DNA from: Auanema rhodensis
Taxonomy: Eukaryota > Animalia > Nematoda
Assembly (NCBI GenBank): GCA_964057225.1
Contig: OZ059899.1
Location: 20,336,001-20,400,000 of the forward strand
Direction of reading: 5' to 3'
Length of the DNA: 64,000 nt
Shown here: one piece after another, positions 54,122 to 64,000 of the stretch
Position numbering within the stretch: the stretch's first letter is position 1
Layout of the letters: each line of letters opens with the position of its first letter
Translations under genes and position numbers: made by a program
The notes under the pieces: model-generated
Database searches by the model: none
Told to the model about the DNA's origin: nothing
Seen by the model: the letters and a program-made list of their open reading frames with translations, nothing else

Positions 54122-57100
54122 CTCGATTTTCAACCTGAAGAATTAATTTCTTCGTTGAATAACAATGTCCATCGTCTTCGCCTTAAAAAAAAAAATCTAA
54201 AAACATCTACTTTTTGTGAAATTATTTAGAAATTTTCAGGGAAAATTTTTGTCAAAATGTTTTTGGAAGCAATGTTGAGTGTACATGGAAACTCAACATA
54301 CACTAATGCATCATTTTTCAAACGATCATAACTAATTTTTGTATTGAGCGTTTCTCAATGTAGTATAGTGCATTCGATGCGGATTTTTAAGCTGCGTCGA
54401 TCTATGTTATCAGATTTGCGCTATCTTTAAAATGCACCGATATATCAACTGATATAAGTTCACACTTATATCCTCGATTTTCACCCTGAAGAATTAATTT
54501 TTTTGTTGAATAACAATGTCCATCGTCTTCGCCTTAAAAAAAAAATCTAAAAACATCTACTTTTTGTGAAATTATTTTGAAATTTTTAGGGAAAATTTTT
54601 GTCAAAAAGTTTTTGGAAGCAATGTTGAGTGTACATGGAAACTCAACATACACTAATGCATCATTTTTCAAACGATCATAACTAATTTTTGTATTGAGCG
54701 TTTCTCAATGTAGTATAGTGCATTCGATGCGGATTTTTGAGCTGCGTCGATCTATGTTATCAGATTTGCGCTATCTTAAAAATGCACCGAGATATCAACT
54801 GATATAAGTTCACACTTATATCCTCGATTTTCACCCTGAAGAATTAATTTTTTTGTTGAATAACAATGTCCATCGTCTTCGCCTTAAAAAAAAAATCTAA
54901 AAACATCTACTTTTTGTGAAATTATTTTGAAATTTTTAGGGAAAATTTTTGTCAAAAAGTTTTTGGAAGCAATGTTGAGTGTACATGGAAACTCAACATA
55001 CACTAATGCATCATTTTTCAAACGATCATAACTAATTTTCGTATTAAGCGTTTCTCAATGTAGTATAGTGCATTCGATGCGGATTTTTAAGCTGCGTCGA
55101 TCTATGTTATCAGATTTGCGCTATCTTAAAAATGCACCGAGATATCAACTGATATAAGTTCACACTTATATCCTCGATTTTCACCCTGAAGAATTAATTT
55201 TTTCGTTGAATAACATTGTCCATCGTCTTCGCCTTGAAAAAAGAAATCTAAAAACATCTACTTTTTGTGAAATTATTTTGAAATTTTCAGGGAAAATTTT
55301 TGTCAAAATGTTTTTGGAAGCAATGTTGAGTGTACATGGAAACTCAACATACACTAATGCATCATTTTTCAAACGATCATAACTAATTTTTGTATTAAGC
55401 GTTTTTCAATGTAGTATAGTGCATTCGATGCGGATTTTTAAGCTGCGTCGATCTATGTTATCAGATTTGCGCTATCTTAAAAATGCACCGAGATATCAAC
55501 TGATATATGTTCACACTTATATCCTCGATTTTCAACCTGAAGAATTAATTTCTTCGTTGAATAACAATGTCCATCGTCTTCGCCTTAAAAAAAAAATCTA
55601 AAAACATCTACTTTTTGTGAAATTATTTTGAAATTTTTAGGGAAAATTTTTGTCAAAAAGTTTTTGGAAGCAATGTTGAGTGTACATGGAAACTCAACAT
55701 ACACTAATGCATCATTTTTCAAACGATCATAACTAATTTTTGTATTGAGCGTTTCTCAATGTAGTATAGTGCATTCGATGCGGATTTTTAAGCTGCGTCG
55801 ATCCATGTTATCAGATTTGCGCTATCTTAAAAATGCACCGAGATATCAACTGATATAAGTTCACACTTATATCCTCGATTTTCACCCTGAAGAATTAATT
55901 TTTTCGTTGAATAACATTGTCCATCGTCTTCACCTTGAAAAAAGGAATCTAAAAACATCTACTTTTTGTGAAATTATTTTGAAATTTTCAGGGAAAATTT
56001 TTGTCAAAATGTTTTTGGAAGCAATGTTGAGTGTACATGGAAACTCAACATACACTAATGCATCATTTTTCAAACGATCATAACTAATTTTTGTATCGAG
56101 CGTTTCTCAATGTAGTATAGTGCATTCGATGCGGATTTTTAAGCTGCGTCGATCTATGTTATCAGATTTGCGCTATCTTAAAAATGCACCGAGATATCAA
56201 CTGATATAAGTTCACACTTATATCCTCGATTTTCAACCTGAAGAATTAATTTCTTCGTTGAATAACAATGTCCATCGTCTTCGCCTTAAAAAAAAATCTA
56301 AAAACATCTACTTTTTGTGAAATTATTTTGAAATTTTTAGGGAAAATTTTTGTCAAAAAGTTTTTGGAAGCAATGTTGAGTGTACATGGAAACTCAACAT
56401 ACACTAATGCATCATTTTTCAAACGATCATAACTAATTTTTGTATTGAGCGTTTCTCAATGTAGTATAGTGCATTCGATGCGGATTTTTAAGCTGCGTCG
56501 ATCTATGTTATCAGATTTGCGCTAGCTTAAAAATGCACCGAGATATCAACTGATATAAGTTCACACTTATATCCTCGATTTTCAACCTGAAGAATTAATT
56601 TCTTCGTTGAATAACAATGTCCATCGTCTTCGCCTTAAAAAAAAAATCTAAAAACATCTACTTTTTGTGAAATTATTCTGAAATTTTTAGGGAAAATTTT
56701 TGTCAAAAAGTTTTTGGAAGCAATGTTGAGTGTACATATAAACTCAACATACACTAATGCATCATTTTTCAAACGATCATAACTAATTTTCGTATTAAGC
56801 GTTTCTCAATGTAGTATAGTGCATTCGATGCGGATTTTTAAGCTGCGTCGATCTATGTTATCAGATTTGCGCTATCTTTAAAATGCACCGATATATCAAC
56901 TGATATAAGTTCACACTTATATCCTCGATTTTCACCCTGAAGAATTAATTTTTTTGTTGAATAACCTTGTCCATCGTCTTCACCTTGAAAAAAGGAATCT
57001 AAAAACATCTACTTTTTGTAAAATTATTTTGAAATTTTTAGGGAAAATTTTTGTCAAAATGTTTTTGGAAGCAATGTTGAGTGTACATGGAAACTCAACA

Positions 57101-59023
57101 TACACTAATGCATCATTTTCAAACGATCATAACTAATTTTCGTATTAAGCGTTTCTCAATGTAGTATAGTGCATTCGATGCGGATTTTTAAGCTGCGTCG
57201 ATCTGTGTTATCAGATTTGCGCTAGCTTAAAAATGCACCGAGATATCAACTGAAATAAGTTAACACATATATCCTCGATTTTCACCCTGAAGAATTAATT
57301 TTTTTGTTGAATAACATTGTCCATCGTCTTCGCCTTGAAAAAAGGAATCTAAAAACATCTACTTTTTGTGAAATTATTTTGAAATTTTTAGGGAAAATTT
57401 TTGTCAAAATGTTTTTGGAAGCAATGTTGAGTGTACATGGAAACTCAACATACACTAATACATCATTTTTTAAACGATCATAACTAATTTTTGTATTGAG
57501 GGTTTCTCAATGTAGTATAGTGCATTCGATGCGGATTTTTAAGCTGCGTCGATCTTTGTTATCAGATTTGCGCTATCTTTAAAATGCACCGAGATATCAA
57601 CTGATATAAGTTCACACTTATATCCTCGATTTTCACCCTGAAAAATTAATTTCTTCGTTGAATAACATTGTCCATCGTCTTCGCCTTAAAAAAAAAATCT
57701 GAAAACATCTACTTTTTGTAAAATTATTTTGAAATTTTTAGGGAAAATTTTTGTCAAAATGTTTTTGGAAGCAATGTTGAGTGTACATGGAAACTCAACA
57801 TACACTAATGCATCATTTTTCAAACGATCATAACTAATTTTTGTATTAAGCGTTTTTCAATGTAGTATAGTGCATTCGATGCGGATTTTTAAGCTGCGTC
57901 GATCTATGTTATCAGATTTGCGCTATCTTAAAAATGCACCGAGATATCAACTGATATATGTTCACACTTATATCCTCGATTTTCAACCTGAAGAATTAAT
58001 TTCTTCGTTGAATAACAATGTCCATCGTCTTCGCCTTAAAAAAAAAATCTAAAAACATCTACTTTTTGTGAAATTATTTTGAAATTTTTAGGGAAAATTT
58101 TTGTCAAAAAGTTTTTGGAAGCAATGTTGAGTGTACATGGAAACTCAACATACACTAATGCATCATTTTTCAAACGATCATAACTAATTTTTGTATTGAG
58201 CGTTTCTCAATGTAGTATAGTGCATTCGATGCGGATTTTTAAGCTGCGTCGATCCATGTTATCAGATTTGCGCTATCTTAAAAATACACCGAGATATCAA
58301 CTGATATAAGTTCACACTTATATCCTCGATTTTCAACCTGAAGAATTAATTTCTTCGTTGAATAACATTGTCCATCGTCTTCACCTTGAAAAAAGGAATC
58401 TAAAAACATCTACTTTTTGTGAAATTATTTTGAAATTTTCAGGGAAAATTTTTGTCAAAATGTTTTTGGAAGCAATGTTGAAACTCAACATACACTAATA
58501 CATCATTTTTTAAACGATCATAACTAATTTTTGTATTGAGCGTTTCTCAATGTAGTATAGTGCATTCGATGCGGATTTTTAAGCTGCGTCGATCTATGTT
58601 ATCAGATTTGCGCTATCTTAAAAATGCACCGAGATATCAACTGATATAAGTTCACACTTATATCCTCGATTTTCAACCTGAAGAATTAATTTCTTCGTTG
58701 AATAACAATGTCCATCGTCTTCGCCTTAAAAAAAAAATCTAAAAACATCTACTTTTTGTGAAATTATTTTGAAATTTTTAGGGAAAATTTTTGTCAAAAA
58801 GTTTTTGGAAGCAATGTTGAGTGTACATATAAACTCAACATACACTAATGCATCATTTTTCAAACGATCATAACTAATTTTCGTATTAAGCGTTTCTCAA
58901 TGTAGTATAGTGCATTCGATGCGGATTTTTAAGCTGCGTCGATCTATGTTATCAGATTTGCGCTATCTTTAAAATGCACCGATATATCAACTGATATAAG
59001 TTCACACTTATATCCTCGATTTT

Positions 59024-61127
59024 CACCCTGAAGAATTAATTTTTTTGTTGAATAACCTTGTCCATCGTCTTCACCTTGAAAAAAGGAATCTAAAAACATC
59101 TACTTTTTGTAAAATTATTTTGAAATTTTTAGGGAAAATTTTTGTCAAAATGTTTTTGGAAGCAATGTTGAGTGTACATGGAAACTCAACATACACTAAT
59201 GCATCATTTTTCAAACGATCATAACTAATTTTCGTATTAAGCGTTTCTCAATGTAGTATAGTGCATTCGATGCGGATTTTTAAGCTGCGTCGATCTGTGT
59301 TATCAGATTTGCGCTAGCTTAAAAATGCACCGAGATATCAACTGAAATAAGTTAACACATATATCCTCGATTTTCACCCTGAAGAATTAATTTTTTTGTT
59401 GAATAACATTGTCCATCGTCTTCGCCTTGAAAAAAGGAATCTAAAAACATCTACTTTTTGTGAAATTATTTTGAAATTTTTAGGGAAAATTTTTGTCAAA
59501 ATGTTTTTGGAAGCAATGTTGAGTGTACATGGAAACTCAACATACACTAATACATCATTTTTTAAACGATCATAACTAATTTTTGTATTGAGGGTTTCTC
59601 AATGTAGTATAGTGCATTCGATGCGGATTTTTAAGCTGCGTCGATCTTTGTTATCAGATTTGCGCTATCTTTAAAATGCACCGAGATATCAACTGATATA
59701 AGTTCACACTTATATCCTCGATTTTCACCCTGAAAAATTAATTTCTTCGTTGAATAACATTGTCCATCGTCTTCGCCTTAAAAAAAAAATCTGAAAACAT
59801 CTACTTTTTGTAAAATTATTTTGAAATTTTTAGGGAAAATTTTTGTCAAAATGTTTTTGGAAGCAATGTTGAGTGTACATGGAAACTCAACATACACTAA
59901 TGCATCTTTTTTCAAACGATCATAACTAATTTTTGTATTAAGCGTTTCTCAATGTAGTATAGTGCATTCGATGCGGATTTTTAAGCTGCGTCGATCTATG
60001 TTATCAGATTTGCGCTATCTTTAAAATGCACCGATATATCAACTGATATAAGTTCACACTTATATCCTCGATTTTCACCCTGAAGAATTAATTTTTTTGT
60101 TGAATAACCTTGTCCATCGTCTTCACCTTGAAAAAAGGAATCTAAAAACATCTACTTTTTGTAAAATTATTTTGAAATTTTTAGGGAAAATTTTTGTCAA
60201 AATGTTTTTGGAAGCAATGTTGAGTGTACATGGAAACTCAACATACACTAATGCATCATTTTTCAAACGATCATAACTAATTTTCGTATTAAGCGTTTCT
60301 CAATGTAGTATAGTGCATTCGATGCGGATTTTTAAGCTGCGTCGATCTGTGTTATCAGATTTGCGCTAGCTTAAAAATGCACCGAGATATCAACTGAAAT
60401 AAGTTAACACATATATCCTCGATTTTCACCCTGAAGAATTAATTTTTTTGTTGAATAACATTGTCCATCGTCTTCGCCTTGAAAAAAGGAATCTAAAAAC
60501 ATCTACTTTTTGTGAAATTATTTTGAAATTTTTAGGGAAAATTTTTGTCAAAATGTTTTTGGAAGCAATGTTGAGTGTACATGGAAACTCAACATACACT
60601 AATACATCATTTTTTAAACGATCATAACTAATTTTTGTATTGAGGGTTTCTCAATGTAGTATAGTGCATTCGATGCGGATTTTTAAGCTGCGTCGATCTT
60701 TGTTATCAGATTTGCGCTATCTTTAAAATGCACCGAGATATCAACTGATATAAGTTCACACTTATATCCTCGATTTTCACCCTGAAAAATTAATTTCTTC
60801 GTTGAATAACATTGTCCATCGTCTTCGCCTTAAAAAAAAAATCTGAAAACATCTACTTTTTGTAAAATTATTTTGAAATTTTTAGGGAAAATTTTTGTCA
60901 AAATGTTTTTGGAAGCAATGTTGAGTGTACATGGAAACTCAACATACACTAATGCATCTTTTTTCAAACGATCATAACTAATTTTTGTATTAAGCGTTTC
61001 TCAATGTAGTATAGTGCATTCGATGCGGATTTTTAAGCTGCGTCGATCTATGTTATCAGATTTGCGCTATCTTTAAAATGCACCGATATATCAACTGATA
61101 TAAGTTCACACTTATATCCTCGATTTT
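59024..61127. repeat. Higher-order repeat of Satellite B: tandem 3-monomer (1052-bp) unit; another copy at ~56933-57984
   Basis: Markers 'aataaccttgt', 'aaataagttaacacat' (59351/60403) and 'gatctttgtt' recur at 1052-bp spacing. Unit starts are 59024, 60076 and 61128. Confidence 0.87.
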
Positions 61128-64000
61128 CACCCTGAAGAATTAATTTTTTTGTTGAATAACCTTGTCCATCGTCTTCACCTTGAAAAAAGGAATCTAAAAA
61201 CATCTACTTTTTGTAAAATTATTTTGAAATTTTTAGGGAAAATTTTTGTCAAATTGTTTTTGGAAGCAATGTTGAGTGTACATGGAAACTCAACATACAC
61301 TAATGCATCTTTTTTCAAACGATCATAACTAATTTTTGTATTAAGCGTTTCTCAATGTAGTATAGTGCATTCGATGCGGATTTTTAAGCTGCGTCGATCT
61401 ATGTTATCAGATTTGCGCTAGCTTAAAAATGCACCGAGATATCAACTGATATAAGTTCACACTTATATCCTCGATTTTCACCCTGAAAAATTGATTTTTT
61501 CGTTGAATAACATTGTCCATCGTCTTTGCCTTGAAAAAAGGAATCTAAAAACATCTACTTTTTGTGAAATTATTTTGAAATTTTCAGAGAAAATTTTTTG
61601 TCAAAATGTTTTTGGAAGCAATGTTGAGTGTACATGGAAACTCAACATACACTAATGCATCATTTTTCAAACGATCATAACTAATTTTTGTATTGAGGGT
61701 TTCTCAATGTAGTATAGTGCATTCGATGCGGATTTTTAAGCTGCGTAGATCTGTGTTATCAGATTTGCGCTAGCTTAAAAATGCACCGAGATATCAACTG
61801 ATATAAGTTTACACTTATATCCTCGATTTTCACCCTGGAGAATTAATTTTTTCGTTGAATAACAATGTCCATCGTCTTCGCCTTAAAAAAAAATCTGAAA
61901 ACATCTACTTTTTGTGAAATTATTTTGAAATTTTTAGGGAAAATTTTTGTCAAAATGTTTTTGGAAGCAATGTTGAGTGTACATGGAAACTCAACATACA
62001 CTAATACATCATTTTTTAAACGATCATAACTAATTTTTGTATTGAGGGTTTCTCAATGTAGTATAGTGCATTCGATGCGGATTTTTAAGCTGCGTCGATC
62101 TATGTTATCAGATTTGCGCTAGCTTAAAAATGCACCGAGATATCAACTGATATAAGTTCACACTTATATCCTCGATTTTCAACCTGAAGAATTAATTTCT
62201 TCGTTGAATAACAATGTCCATCGTCTTCGCCTTAAAAAAAAAATCTAAAAACATCTACTTTTTGTGAAATTATTTTGAAATTTTTAGGGAAAATTTTTGT
62301 CAAAAAGTTTTTGGAAGCAATGTTGAGTGTACATGGAAACTCAACATACACTAATGCATCATTTTTCAAACGATCATAACTAATTTTCGTATTAAGCGTT
62401 TCTCAATGTAGTATAGTGCATTCGATGCGGATTTTTAAGCTGCGTCGATCTGTGTTATCAGATTTGCGCTAGCTTAAAAATGCACCGAGATATCAACTGA
62501 AATAAGTTAACACATATATCCTCGATTTTCACCCTGAAGAATTAATTTTTTTGTTGAATAACATTGTCCATCGTCTTCGCCTTAAAAAAAAAATCTAAAA
62601 ACATCTATTTTTTGTGAAATTATTTTGAAATTTTTAGGGAAAATTTTTGTCAAAATGTTTTTGGAAGCAATGTTGAGTGTACATGGAAACTCAACATACA
62701 CTAATGCATCATTTTTCAAACGATCATAACTAATTTTTGTATTGAGCGTTTCTCAATGTAGTATAGTGCATTCGATGCGGATTTTTAAGCTGCGTCGATC
62801 TATGTTATCAGATTTGCGCTATCTTAAAAATGCACCGAGATATCAACTGATATAAGTTCACACTTATATCCTCGATTTTCAACCTGAAGAATTAATTTCT
62901 TCGTTGAATAACAATGTCCATCGTCTTCGCCTTAAAAAAAAATCTAAAAACATCTACTTTTTGTGAAATTATTTTGAAATTTTCAGAGAAAATTTTTTGT
63001 CAAAATGTTTTTGGAAGCAATGTTGAGTGTACATGGAAACTCAACATACACTAATGCATCTTTTTTCAAACGATCATAACTAATTTTTGTATTAAGCGTT
63101 TCTCAATGTAGTATAGTGCATTCGATGCGGATTTTTAAGCTGCGTCGATCTATGTTATCAGATTTGCGCTAGCTTAAAAATGCACCGAGATATCAACTGA
63201 TATAAGTTCACACTTATATCCTCGATTTTCACCCTGAAAAATTGATTTTTTCGTTGAATAACATTGTCCATCGTCTTTGCCTTGAAAAAAGGAATCTAAA
63301 AACATCTACTTTTTGTGAAATTATTTTGAAATTTTCAGAGAAAATTTTTTGTCAAAATGTTTTTGGAAGCAATGTTGAGTGTACATGGAAACTCAACATA
63401 CACTAATGCATCATTTTTCAAACGATCATAACTAATTTTTGTATTGAGGGTTTCTCAATGTAGTATAGTGCATTCGATGCGGATTTTTAAGCTGCGTAGA
63501 TCTGTGTTATCAGATTTGCGCTAGCTTAAAAATGCACCGAGATATCAACTGATATAAGTTTACACTTATATCCTCGATTTTCACCCTGGAGAATTAATTT
63601 TTTCGTTGAATAACAATGTCCATCGTCTTCGCCTTAAAAAAAAATCTGAAAACATCTACTTTTTGTGAAATTATTTTGAAATTTTTAGGGAAAATTTTTG
63701 TCAAAATGTTTTTGGAAGCAATGTTGAGTGTACATGGAAACTCAACATACACTAATACATCATTTTTTAAACGATCATAACTAATTTTTGTATTGAGGGT
63801 TTCTCAATGTAGTATAGTGCATTCGATGCGGATTTTTAAGCTGCGTCGATCTATGTTATCAGATTTGCGCTAGCTTAAAAATGCACCGAGATATCAACTG
63901 ATATAAGTTCACACTTATATCCTCGATTTTCAACCTGAAGAATTAATTTCTTCGTTGAATAACAATGTCCATCGTCTTCGCCTTAAAAAAAAAATCTAAA

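Larger units (their letters stand above)
52057..64000. repeat. Satellite B: tandem array of a ~351-bp AT-rich monomer (~34 full copies + partial), continuing past the window end
   Basis: The unit start 'ca(c/a)cctgaagaattaattt' lies at 52057, 52397, 52737, 53078, 53429, 53780 ... 63931. The 351-bp period is also shown by the repeated ORFs at 53077/53428/53779. Length variation comes from homopolymer slippage and one 11-bp deletion class. Confidence 0.98.

Noticed and set aside
57251-57985. Compensatory mutation in B hairpin 2 (left-arm variant gatatatgt is complementary to right-arm variant acatatatc)
   Set aside because: The two variants occur in different monomers and I never saw them together, so they are not evidence of covariation.
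52020-58052. Repeated 60-104 aa ORFs on both strands of Satellite B, including one crossing the junction
   Set aside because: They are translations of the repeat, appear and disappear with homopolymer slips and stop SNPs, and have F/K/I/L-rich composition typical of AT-rich non-coding DNA.
1-64000. CRISPR array (regular period with palindromic motifs)
   Set aside because: There are no unique spacers, since the whole unit repeats. Periods of 176 and 351 bp are too long, and no cas genes are present.
52057-64000. Identity with known ~340-360 bp satellites (e.g. tenebrionid beetle or Drosophila 359-bp families)
   Set aside because: Length and AT content are compatible, but I recognise no diagnostic sequence. 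A database search is needed.
1-64000. CENP-B box, telomeric repeats, or 5S rRNA/tRNA/snRNA tandem genes
   Set aside because: I saw no TTCG....A..CGGG match, no telomeric simple-repeat runs, and no recognisable Pol III gene or structured RNA in either monomer.

Overview
The window is entirely AT-rich (~32% GC by my hand count of one monomer of each family) tandem satellite DNA. It is most likely eukaryotic (peri)centromeric or other heterochromatic DNA. I found no credible genes, RNA genes, CRISPR array or transposon. Satellite A (176-bp monomer) runs from 1 to ~52051. It comprises 290 full monomers, twelve 79-bp partial units that share one breakpoint, and a final 63-bp partial monomer, with no other net length change over 52 kb. 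It is organised into variant domains, local higher-order repeats (HORs) and long-range block duplications. At 52051-52057 it abuts Satellite B abruptly through a short filler that copies the adjacent ttggta. Satellite B has a ~351-bp monomer, about 34 copies, running to the window end. Main observations: (1) the A/B junction falls at the same monomer position (63/64) as the internal 79-bp rearrangement of A; (2) the B monomer is almost exactly 2 x 176 bp and carries two 9-bp-stem inverted repeats with centres 176/175 bp apart; (3) A carries three ACGTG cores spaced 33/32 bp apart plus several short dyads. I cannot identify the species or name either satellite family. Centromeric function is an inference only.
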